Source: Christensenellales bacterium (GTDB taxonomy: Bacteria > Bacillota > Clostridia > Christensenellales > UBA1750). From it: DNA of 58,846 nucleotides. Below are positions 9,435 to 17,916 of the stretch, piece after piece (within the stretch, counting starts at the first letter, position 1; each line of letters begins with the position of its first letter). The translations under genes were made by a program, and so were the position numbers. The notes under the pieces are model-generated. The model had not been told where the DNA came from and did not search any database. It worked only from the letters and a program-made list of their open reading frames with translations. Location: NCBI GenBank assembly GCA_050309765.1, contig JBNRMU010000058.1, positions 1 to 58,846 of the forward strand. Reading direction: 5' to 3'.

Positions 9435-10196
9435 TTACAACTCCAAAGTAAGGCCCACCGGGCAGTGGTCGCTGCCCATTACATCGGCATAGATGTCCGC
9501 CGACTTCACGGCATCGCCCAGCGCGCGGCTTACCAGAAAATAGTCGATGCGCCAGCCCACGTTCCTCTCGCGGGCGCGCATGCGGTAGGACCACCAGGTA
9601 TAGGCGTCGGCCTTGTCCGGATACAGGGTGCGGTAGCTGTCGAGCAAGCCGTCCTCCTCGAGCAGCCGGCCGAACTTTTCCCTCTCCTCATCGGAAAAGC
9701 CGGGGTTGCCGCGGTTGGCGGCGGGATTTTTCAGGTCGATCTCGTTGTGGGCCACGTTCAGGTCGCCGCAGATGACCACGGGCTTGGTCTTTTGCAAATG
9801 GGCGATGTAGGCGCGGAAGGCGTCCTCCCAATCCATGCGGTAAGAAAGGCGCTTTAGGCCCTCCTGCGCGTTGGGCGTGTACTGGCAGATGAGGAAAAAC
9901 CCTTCTGTTTCCACCGTGATGAGACGGCCCTCCGCATCCGGCATAAAGGGCTCCATCCCGTAGGCCACGGAAAGCGGCGCTTCCTTCAAAAACACCGCTG
10001 TGCCGGAATAGCCCTTTTTTTCGGCGTAATTCCAAAGGCAAGTATAGCCCTTGGGCGCAAAGTCCAGCTGGCCGGCCTGCAATTTGGTTTCCTGCAGGCA
10101 GAAGATGTCGGCATCGCTGTCCTCAAAGAAATCGGCAAAGCCCTTGCCCATGCAGGCGCGCAGGCCGTTCACGTTCCAGGAGATGAGTTTGGTCAC
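9435..10196 (-). CDS. xth: Exodeoxyribonuclease III
   Basis: ISWNVNGLRA, CLQETK and SDHCPV motifs of the ExoIII/AP-endonuclease family; 253 aa. Confidence 0.92.
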   Translation of the reverse strand: MTKLISWNVNGLRACMGKGFADFFEDSDADIFCLQETKLQAGQLDFAPKGYTCLWNYAEKKGYSGTAVFLKEAPLSVAYGMEPFMPDAEGRLITVETEGFFLICQYTPNAQEGLKRLSYRMDWEDAFRAYIAHLQKTKPVVICGDLNVAHNEIDLKNPAANRGNPGFSDEEREKFGRLLEEDGLLDSYRTLYPDKADAYTWWSYRMRARERNVGWRIDYFLVSRALGDAVKSADIYADVMGSDHCPVGLTLEL

Positions 10197-10218
10197 GAAA
10201 GGCGTTCTCCTTATTTGT

Positions 10219-11538
10219 TTATTGGTTGCGCTCGGGGGTATAATTCACATCGACGGCGTAGCGGTTGCGGTAAGGCAGGTTTTCGCCGATGGCCACAGCA
10301 ACGCGCGTGCTGCCGAGATACTCCAGGGGGCTGGCCTCGGTCTTTTCGCCCGAACGCAGGGAGAGGGTGATCCACTCCGTGGTGTTGGAAAGCACGGCGT
10401 AATCGGTAAAGATGGGCGTGGTCTCCTCCTTGGTAAACTTCAGGCTATAGCCGGAAGAGGCGCCCTGCAGCCGCCCGCGCAGGGCGGAGGGCACGGAAGC
10501 GGGCGTTTTATACTCCGGCCCAAACAGGGCAGCCATGGCGCTGTCCATCATCTGTTTGGAAACCTTGGCGGAGGCGTTGGAAGCATCCAGGCCGAAATCG
10601 CCGCCGTAGCTGTTGAGCAGCGCGTACGCCGCCTCAAAGGCGAAGGTATCGGAGGGCTTTTGCGTAAAGCCGTCGCCTGTGAGCACGCAGGCCTTGGCCA
10701 GCGCGTGCAGCATGGGCATGATCTGTTCCACATCGCGGGCGGGATGCGAGCCGAAATCGTCCCCCGGGCGCAGGGCCACCTGGGGCTCCAGCAGCGCCAG
10801 GCCCAGGCCGTAGGGCGAATCGTCGTTCTTCTTCACCCAGCACTTGAAACCGCCGCCGTTTGTCGCCTGCGCATCCTCGGGATAGGCCCAGTCCAGGGTA
10901 AAGGCAAGCTCGTAATAGTTTTCCTCCTGCAGGGCCTGCCATTTATTAAGCTGCACGGAAAACTGCAGATCGCGGTTGTCCGGCAGGGCGAACTGGATGC
11001 CGCCGTCGTTCTTCTTTTCACCGTAGCCTTTTTCCGGCAGGCCGGCAAACTCGCCCTCGGAGAAACAATCGGCATACAGGGTCTTGACGCTCTGTGCGTC
11101 GATATAGACCGCTATTTTCGAATCCAGCGGCGCGATGTGATAGCGGTCGGACTGGCCCATATCGCGCAGCAGGCGGGCCAGCACCGCGTCCACCAGGGCC
11201 GGGTCCGGATAGCGCTTAAAGCGCATGTCGCCGTCCACCACCAACGTTTCGGCCACCGCCTTGAAAAGGGGCGCGGCCTTTTGCAGATCGACGGGGCTTT
11301 CCGCCGCCGGCGACGCGGAGGGCTCCGCCTCGGGCGTCTGCGCCTGGGGCGTTGCCTGCGCGGAGGCGCTCGGCGCGGGCGAAACGGACGCCGCGGGTGC
11401 GGCGGCGCTTTGCGTGGGCGCAGCCGTTGCGGGGACGGCCGTCGGCTGCTGGGCCTGCCTGTCGCCGGGCTCCTGCCTCTGGCAGGCGCAAAGCAGAAGG
11501 ACAAAGCACAAAAGCAAAATCAAAAAGGTCTTTTTCAT
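10219..11538 (-). CDS. Hypothetical lipoprotein with Pro/Ala/Gln-rich linker
   Basis: MKKTFLILLLCFVLLLCAC signal peptide with lipobox, a low-complexity linker of about 70 aa, then a globular region with no motif I recognise. Confidence 0.7.
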   Translation of the reverse strand: MKKTFLILLLCFVLLLCACQRQEPGDRQAQQPTAVPATAAPTQSAAAPAASVSPAPSASAQATPQAQTPEAEPSASPAAESPVDLQKAAPLFKAVAETLVVDGDMRFKRYPDPALVDAVLARLLRDMGQSDRYHIAPLDSKIAVYIDAQSVKTLYADCFSEGEFAGLPEKGYGEKKNDGGIQFALPDNRDLQFSVQLNKWQALQEENYYELAFTLDWAYPEDAQATNGGGFKCWVKKNDDSPYGLGLALLEPQVALRPGDDFGSHPARDVEQIMPMLHALAKACVLTGDGFTQKPSDTFAFEAAYALLNSYGGDFGLDASNASAKVSKQMMDSAMAALFGPEYKTPASVPSALRGRLQGASSGYSLKFTKEETTPIFTDYAVLSNTTEWITLSLRSGEKTEASPLEYLGSTRVAVAIGENLPYRNRYAVDVNYTPERNQ

Positions 11539-11608
11539 GGGTAAATAACTCCGTTTCCCGGGCGGAACCAGAGCCCCGACCGCCCAGGGATGGGGAATGG
11601 CAGGCGTT

Positions 11609-12238
11609 TTAGGCCTCTTCCCTTCTGGCGGCCACGTAGGCCTGGATCACATCCACCGTTTTTTCGACGCCGAGCAGGCCCGAATCCAGGCACAGGTGGT
11701 AGTTGTCCATCTGCATCCAGGTCTTGCCGGTGTAATAGCCGTAGTAGTTGCTGCGCTGCTTGTCCATGCGGGCAATGGTGCTTTCGGCCTTGTCCGCCGG
11801 CACCTCATACAGGCGCGTGATGCGCTCGATGCGCTTTGACAGGGAGGCGTGCACGAACACCGAGCACAGGGCAGGATCCTCGCGCAAAATGTAGTTGGCG
11901 CAGCGGCCGATGATCACGCAGGAGCCCTGTCGGGCCAGGTCGCGGATCACGCCGGAGGACAGGATGAACAGCCTGTCGTTCAAGGGCAGTTCGGCCTGCT
12001 GCATATACTGCATGCTGCCGATGGAGGCGGAGCCCACGGCCAGCGAATACAACAGGCTGCTGGTGGGCTTTTCGTCCACGCGCTCAAAGACCTCGGGGCT
12101 CATGCCGCCCTCCTTGGCGGCCAGCTCGATCAATTCCTTGTCGTAAAAGGGGATCCCCAGCCTGTCGGCCAGCATGCGGCCGACGGCGCGGCCGCCGCTG
12201 CCATATTGGCGTCCGATGGTGATGATGGCTTTTTTCAT
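11609..12238 (-). CDS. Cytidylate kinase-like family protein
   Basis: Start at ATG 12238. ITIGRQYGSGGRAVG P-loop-like N-terminus is typical of the AAA_28/cytidylate-kinase-like family. Confidence 0.75.
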   Translation of the reverse strand: MKKAIITIGRQYGSGGRAVGRMLADRLGIPFYDKELIELAAKEGGMSPEVFERVDEKPTSSLLYSLAVGSASIGSMQYMQQAELPLNDRLFILSSGVIRDLARQGSCVIIGRCANYILREDPALCSVFVHASLSKRIERITRLYEVPADKAESTIARMDKQRSNYYGYYTGKTWMQMDNYHLCLDSGLLGVEKTVDVIQAYVAARREEA

Positions 12239-12413
12239 GGGTTTGCTGCACCTCCCTGTTTCAAAAAGGGCAAAGGTGCCGCACCCATTACACTGGATAG
12301 ACGATCCCTGCCCTGCAAATTCTTCCATTCGGCAATGCTTTTTACTTTGATTTAACATTGCACAAGGTATTTTTCGACACCCGTGTACAAAAATCCTTTT
12401 TTATGCGCAAAAC

Positions 12414-13553
12414 CTACTCCTCGGGCATCTGGCGGTTGAGGCCGTCCAGCCTGCCGCGCAGGGCCTGGCTGCGGCGCGCAGCCTCGTCCACGCTCTCGCT
12501 GGCCTGGCGCAACCTGAGCTGTGTCTTGGTGAGGGCGTCCAGAAACACGTCCGTCTCGCGCCGCACCTGCGAGAGCAGCTCCAGCACCTGGGCCGAGCGC
12601 CGCTCGATGGCGACGGACTCAAAGCCCATCTGCAACGAGTTGAGCAGGGCCAGCAGCGTGGTGGGCCCGGCCAGCACCACCCTTTGTTCGCTGCTGAGCG
12701 TTTCCACCAGCGCGCCCTGGCGCAGGGCCTGGGCGTACAGGCTTTCGGTGGGCAAAAACATCACGGCAAAATCGGTGGTCACGGGCGGGTTGATGTATTT
12801 GGTGCGGATGCGCCGCGCCTCCACGCGCAGGGCCAGCAAAAAGGCCTTTTCCGCCTCCTGAGCGGCGGCCGCGTCGCCCTTCTCCTGGGCGGCGACCAGG
12901 GCAGCGTAGCTTTCCTGGGGAAACTTGGAGTCGATGGGCAGCAGCATATGCTCGCCGTCCCGCAGGGGCAGGCGGATGGCAAACTCCACCCGCTCCTGGC
13001 TGCCGGCCTTCACCTGGGCGTTTTTGATGTACTGCTGGGGGGCAAAGGCCTCCTCCAGCAGGGCATGCAGCTGCACCTCGCCGAACACGCCGCGGCTTTT
13101 GACATTGGTAAGCACGCGCTTTAGATCGCCCACGCCCTTGGCAAGCTGCTGCATCTCGCCCAAGGATACATACACCTGCTCAAGCCTTCTGCTCACCTGC
13201 GAAAAGCTGGAATCCAGCCTTTGCTGCAGTTGGCCGGAAAGCCTTGTATCCACCAGGGTGCGCATCTCGTCCAGCTGGGCGGCGTTTTCGCGGCGCAAAA
13301 GCTCCAGCACGCGCTGCATTTCCTGGCGCGACTGCTCCATCTGCATCAGCTGGCGGCCGGACTGGCTCTGGCTGAGGGAAAGGTGCCTGTCGATGGAGTC
13401 CAGCTGCGCCTTTTGCAATGTGAGCAGGGGATCCAGCAGCTCTTTGGAAACGCCCCTTTGCCTTTCCATGGCGCGGCGCGTGGCGATCTGCAGGAGCAGC
13501 AGCACCACGACCAGCGCGGACAGAACGATCAGAAGGATCTGTTCCCAAGCCAT
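12414..13553 (-). CDS. rmuC: DNA recombination protein RmuC
   Basis: N-terminal TM helix, a long coiled-coil and a C-terminal RmuC nuclease-like domain (AIRLP..LLPIDSKFP..VMFLPTE). Confidence 0.88.
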   Translation of the reverse strand: MAWEQILLIVLSALVVVLLLLQIATRRAMERQRGVSKELLDPLLTLQKAQLDSIDRHLSLSQSQSGRQLMQMEQSRQEMQRVLELLRRENAAQLDEMRTLVDTRLSGQLQQRLDSSFSQVSRRLEQVYVSLGEMQQLAKGVGDLKRVLTNVKSRGVFGEVQLHALLEEAFAPQQYIKNAQVKAGSQERVEFAIRLPLRDGEHMLLPIDSKFPQESYAALVAAQEKGDAAAAQEAEKAFLLALRVEARRIRTKYINPPVTTDFAVMFLPTESLYAQALRQGALVETLSSEQRVVLAGPTTLLALLNSLQMGFESVAIERRSAQVLELLSQVRRETDVFLDALTKTQLRLRQASESVDEAARRSQALRGRLDGLNRQMPEE

Positions 13554-13595
13554 GCCTTTTTCCCTCCTAAGCGGTGTGTATGCGCCTTGCGCGGG

Positions 13596-15440
13596 TTATT
13601 TGCGTCCCTGCAGCAGCTTTAACGTGCGCTGCAAGAAGGCGTTCATCCTTTCGGGTTCCAGGGGCTGCAGGGAAAGCTCGGCCAGATCGCGTATCTCCCT
13701 GCACATTTCGCGGCTGTCCTCATCCTGCGCGGCAGATGCCAGGCTTTTAATCAGGCCATTGGCGCTGTTCAGCACCAGCGTCTGCTCCACGGGGAAGACG
13801 GGCATATTGCCGTTTCCCTGCCAAAGACGCATGGCCTCGGCATAGCGGCGCATGTTTTCATCCTGCAGGATGAAGGCGCAGGTTTCCGTGTCCTTCAGGG
13901 CCTGCGTTTCGATCTTGAGGCTCTGCTCGTCCAGCGCCCAGGCGAACAGATCGCACAGCTTCTTTTGCTCCTCGTCGGAAAGCCCGCCCTCGCCCTTGAG
14001 CGCATCGGAAAGCTCGGCGTCCACGCGGGCAAAGCGCAGGGGTGCGTTTTCGCCCTCGATCATCTGCATGAAGGCCACGTCTATGGCGGTGCCCATCACC
14101 AGCACATCCACGCCCTCGTAGAGCTTTAAGGCGGCGAGCTGGCGATCCTTGTCCTGGGAGTAGTAGAGCTTGTTCTCGTGGCTGTCCTTGGCGCGGTCCA
14201 GCAGCTCTGTCAGGGTAAAGCTTTCGCCCTTGACGGTCTTATAGACCAGGCAGTCCTTCACGCGGTCGTAGAACTTATGATCGCGCAGGCAGCCGTATTT
14301 GATGAAGGGATGGATGTCGTCCCAGTATTTGTCGTACTGCTCGCGCTCGTTCTTGAACAGGGACAACAGCTTTTCCGCCACCTTGCGGGTGATGTAATCA
14401 GACAGCTTGCGCACGTAGCCGTCGTTCTGCAGGAAGGAGCGCGACACGTTCAGCGGCAGCTCCGGGCAGTCGATCACGCCTCGCAGAAGCAGCAGGAATT
14501 CGGGAATGACCTCCTTGATATTGTCGGCAACGAACACCTGGCCGGCGTACAGCTTTACCTGGCCCTCGTACTGGCCCAGCTGGTTGCTCAGGTGCGGGAA
14601 ATACAAAATGCCCTTTAAATTAAAGGGATAGTCCACGTTCAGGTGGATCCAGAACAGCGGCTCGTCGAACTGGCGGAAGGTGGAATAGTAAAACTCCTTG
14701 TACTGCTCGTCCGTCACATCCTTGGGCGCTTTGAGATACAGCGGCTCGGTGGTGTTCAGCTGCACGGGCGCGTGCACATGCTCGTGTTCTTCGCCCTCTT
14801 CGTGGTCATGGTCGTGCACGTGCTCGGTCACAAGCTCGCCGTTCACGCTCAAAAAGATGGGCACGGGCATGAAGGCGCAGTATTTTTCGATGGTCTCGCG
14901 CACATGGGCGCTATCCAGGAACTCGTCGGATTCGTCGTTGACGAACAGGGTGATGCGCGTGCCGATCGCATCCTTTTCGATCGGCTCCATCTCGTATTCC
15001 ATGCCGCCGTCGCTCTCCCAGGCCACGGCCCCGGCGCCCTCCTGGCAGGAAAGCGTCTCGATGCGCACGCGGCCGCCCACCATAAAGGCGGAGTAAAAGC
15101 CCAGGCCGAAGTGGCCGATCAGCTGCTCGTGGTTGTCCTTATACTTTTCCAGGAAGTCGTTGGCGCCGGAAAAGGCTACCTGGTTGATGTACTTTTTGAC
15201 CTCTTCATCCGTCATGCCCACGCCGTTGTCCGTAAAGGACAGGGTGCGCGCCTCTTTGTTCACGTCCACCACGATTTGGGGCGTCTCGTCCTCCATCCGG
15301 CCCATGGTGCGGCGCTTTTTGATGGCGTCACAGCCGTTGGAGATGAGCTCGCGCACGAATATATCCTTATCTGAATACAGCCATTTTTTGATGATGGGCA
15401 ACAGGTTTTCCGCATGAATGGAAAGCTGACCTTTTTCCAT
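13596..15440 (-). CDS. htpG: Molecular chaperone HtpG (Hsp90)
   Basis: Start at ATG 15440 (GGAAGGAAGGA upstream). ELISNGCDA, DNGVGMT and GHFGLGFYSAF GHKL-ATPase motifs. Confidence 0.95.
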   Translation of the reverse strand: MEKGQLSIHAENLLPIIKKWLYSDKDIFVRELISNGCDAIKKRRTMGRMEDETPQIVVDVNKEARTLSFTDNGVGMTDEEVKKYINQVAFSGANDFLEKYKDNHEQLIGHFGLGFYSAFMVGGRVRIETLSCQEGAGAVAWESDGGMEYEMEPIEKDAIGTRITLFVNDESDEFLDSAHVRETIEKYCAFMPVPIFLSVNGELVTEHVHDHDHEEGEEHEHVHAPVQLNTTEPLYLKAPKDVTDEQYKEFYYSTFRQFDEPLFWIHLNVDYPFNLKGILYFPHLSNQLGQYEGQVKLYAGQVFVADNIKEVIPEFLLLLRGVIDCPELPLNVSRSFLQNDGYVRKLSDYITRKVAEKLLSLFKNEREQYDKYWDDIHPFIKYGCLRDHKFYDRVKDCLVYKTVKGESFTLTELLDRAKDSHENKLYYSQDKDRQLAALKLYEGVDVLVMGTAIDVAFMQMIEGENAPLRFARVDAELSDALKGEGGLSDEEQKKLCDLFAWALDEQSLKIETQALKDTETCAFILQDENMRRYAEAMRLWQGNGNMPVFPVEQTLVLNSANGLIKSLASAAQDEDSREMCREIRDLAELSLQPLEPERMNAFLQRTLKLLQGRK

Positions 15441-15487
15441 ATTTGATCCTTCCTTCCGGATAAACTTGAAATCATATCCAATACACC

Positions 15488-15515
15488 ATAGTAACACGGC
15501 CCGCGGGTTTGTCAA
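15488..15515 (-). promoter_or_regulatory. Putative sigma-A promoter of htpG
   Basis: Minus strand: TTGACA - 16 nt - TACTAT with TGT immediately upstream of the -10 (extended -10). Confidence 0.5.
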
Positions 15516-15522
15516 GCACTTT

Positions 15523-15549
15523 TTAGCACTCTCACATAAAGAGTGCTAA
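15523..15549. promoter_or_regulatory. CIRCE element (HrcA operator)
   Basis: Exact match to the consensus TTAGCACTC-N9-GAGTGCTAA. It lies 7 nt upstream of the htpG -35 box. Confidence 0.85.
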
Positions 15550-15585
15550 CGGCATTGCCATCGCGACGAAAATCTACGCGCCGTC

Positions 15586-15614
15586 TTGACGAAAAAGGGC
15601 GCAGCTTCTACTAT
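15586..15614 (+). promoter_or_regulatory. Putative sigma-A promoter of the 15681 gene
   Basis: TTGACG - 17 nt - TACTAT on the plus strand. Confidence 0.5.
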
Positions 15615-15680
15615 TTAGGTATCGTTGCCCGTGGCTGCCGCTGGCCAAATAGCAGGCGGTACCTTACGCAAAGGAGGAGG

Positions 15681-16733
15681 ATGCGCATGCGTCAAACGCC
15701 CGGATGGCTGATCCGCATCGGCGCTTTTTTTCGCCGGCCCTGGCTGTGCCTTGCCGTCGTATGCGCGCTGGCGCTGCTGACGCTGCCCTTTGTCTGGCGG
15801 CATTTTGCCTCTGTAGATACCCCCTTGTCCGCCGCGCCCAGCCCTTCCTCGGCCTGGAAGGCGCAGGCCCCCGTACCCGCGCAGGCGGCGCCCACTGCGC
15901 CCTCTGCCACTGCGCCCGTGCAAACGCCAGCCCCTGCCGTGCAGACCCCTGTACCCAAATCCGGTCGCGCGCGCTTTTTTGCCTTTGCGGGCGAGTACCC
16001 CCTCTACTCTCTGGACGATGCGGCCGCACATGCGCAGGCGCTTTTGACTGCCTATCATGAGGATGCGCGCCTTGTGTCCGTGCGCGAAACGGCGTTTTCG
16101 TCGGCTCCTGTCCTGGCCCTGGACTTTACCCTGGACGGAAGGCAGCATACGGCCTGGGTAACGGAAGGCGGCGCAGGCTTTGGCTGCCGCCTGGCCGTGT
16201 ATCCGCAAAGCGATCTGCCGCCGGAGGAGCTGTCCGCGGCGTTTGCATCCCCGGCGGAGGGTGAAGAGAGCCATGCGCTTCTGGAATCGTCCGAACTTTC
16301 CGTCTGCTTTTTATACCAACCGGGCCTCTTGCAGGAAGCGCCGATCCCAAAGCCTGCCGACGATACGGGCGTTGCCGCCTGCACCCTGCGTTTGAGCGAG
16401 ACCGCCTTCTGCCTGGTGGAGGACGCTTCCGGCTATGCCGGCAGCAAAAAAGGCGCGTTGGACGCCTGCATGCGCCAGCTGACGGACTTTTACCCCGGCG
16501 GCGAGACCTCTGCGGACAGCTACCAAAGCTTTGCCGACAACGCCTATACCCTTCGCCGCTATGCGCACCGCTTCGCGGGCGAAGCGCGCGCCTTAACCGC
16601 GGCCTGCATCAAACTGGAAAATGGCCGCCTTATATCCGTGCTGGTCTACTCCCCGGCGGAGGGGCCCATGGCAAAGGACGCGCAGCGGCTGTTTGAGGAT
16701 ATCCTGCGCTCCCTGCGCCCTTTGCGTTCATAA
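15681..16733 (+). CDS. Hypothetical membrane-anchored protein with Pro/Ala-rich linker
   Basis: Start at ATG 15681 or 15687 after AGGAGGAGG. One N-terminal TM helix (LCLAVVCALALLTLPFVW) followed by an AP-rich linker and a globular domain. Confidence 0.6.
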   Translation: MRMRQTPGWLIRIGAFFRRPWLCLAVVCALALLTLPFVWRHFASVDTPLSAAPSPSSAWKAQAPVPAQAAPTAPSATAPVQTPAPAVQTPVPKSGRARFFAFAGEYPLYSLDDAAAHAQALLTAYHEDARLVSVRETAFSSAPVLALDFTLDGRQHTAWVTEGGAGFGCRLAVYPQSDLPPEELSAAFASPAEGEESHALLESSELSVCFLYQPGLLQEAPIPKPADDTGVAACTLRLSETAFCLVEDASGYAGSKKGALDACMRQLTDFYPGGETSADSYQSFADNAYTLRRYAHRFAGEARALTAACIKLENGRLISVLVYSPAEGPMAKDAQRLFEDILRSLRPLRS

Positions 16734-16821
16734 TTCTTTTGCTTTTGTCCTTATCCCCTGTGTGGTATGATAAGGTTGCGTTTCAGAAACTTTTCTTTTC
16801 ATTCTTGATCGGAGGACCGCA

Positions 16822-17883
16822 ATGGCGTATTTAAGCAAAAAGATTTTATCCATCACGCCCTATACGGCGGGCGACCAGCCAAAGTCCGCCTCCTTTATCA
16901 AGCTCAACACCAACGAAAACCCCTTTCCTCCTTCGCCTTGGGTGACGCAGGCCATCTTAGACGAGATCCCGCGCCTGAATCTGTATCCGCAGATCAGCGC
17001 GGAGACCTTGCTTCAAACCATCGCCGAGCGCGAGCAGCTGCCCGCGGACTGGGTCTTTGCCGGCAATGGATCGGACGAGGTGCTGGCCCTGTGCTTTCCC
17101 GCCTTTGTGGACGAACAGCAGCCGCTGTACATGCCGGAGTTGACCTATTCGTTTTATCCGGTGTTTTCGGCCCTGTTTTCCACGCCCTATGTGCGCGTGC
17201 CCATGAAGGGGCTGGATATCGACGTGGACGCGCTTCTTGACGGCAGCCACCACGTGATCCTCGCCAACCCCAACGCCCCCACAGGAAGGCTTTTGCCACT
17301 GGAGACCATCGAGGAGATGGCAAGGGCGCTTAAAAGCCGCGGCAACCTGCTCATCGTGGACGAGGCCTACGCCGCCTTCGCCCGCCAGAGCGCGCGGCCA
17401 CTGCTGGAGAAATACGACAACCTGCTCCTGACCCGCACCCTTTCCAAGGACCATTCCCTGGCCGGCCTGCGCGTGGGCTATGCCCTGGGCCAGCCGCAGC
17501 TGATCGGAGCCCTGCGCTGCGCCAAGGACAGCTTCAACTCCTATCCCCTGGACAGGCTGGCCATCGCCGCCGCCTCCGCCGCGCTGAAGGACGAGGAATA
17601 CTTTGCCTCCTGCGTGGAAAAGATCATCGAAACACGCGAATTCTTCCACGACGAGGCCGTGAAGCTCGGCTTTGAGCCCAACCCCTCGCACACAAATTTC
17701 GTCTTCCTTCGCCATGCGCGCGTACCCGGCAAACGCATCTATGAGGCGCTGAAAAAACGGGATGTGTTCGTGCGCCGCTTCGACGCGCCGGGGATCGAGG
17801 ACTACCTGCGCATCTCCATCGGCACGCGCGAGCAGATGGAAACGCTGCTTTCACATCTTAAAGAACTGCTGCCCATTCTGTAA
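16822..17883 (+). CDS. hisC: Histidinol-phosphate aminotransferase
   Basis: Class-II aminotransferase with NPNAPTG and the LSKDHSLAGLRVGY PLP-lysine motif; 353 aa. Confidence 0.9.
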   Translation: MAYLSKKILSITPYTAGDQPKSASFIKLNTNENPFPPSPWVTQAILDEIPRLNLYPQISAETLLQTIAEREQLPADWVFAGNGSDEVLALCFPAFVDEQQPLYMPELTYSFYPVFSALFSTPYVRVPMKGLDIDVDALLDGSHHVILANPNAPTGRLLPLETIEEMARALKSRGNLLIVDEAYAAFARQSARPLLEKYDNLLLTRTLSKDHSLAGLRVGYALGQPQLIGALRCAKDSFNSYPLDRLAIAAASAALKDEEYFASCVEKIIETREFFHDEAVKLGFEPNPSHTNFVFLRHARVPGKRIYEALKKRDVFVRRFDAPGIEDYLRISIGTREQMETLLSHLKELLPIL

Positions 17884-17916
17884 GGGCCGCCCGAAAAAAA
17901 GGGGGAACAAACACCC

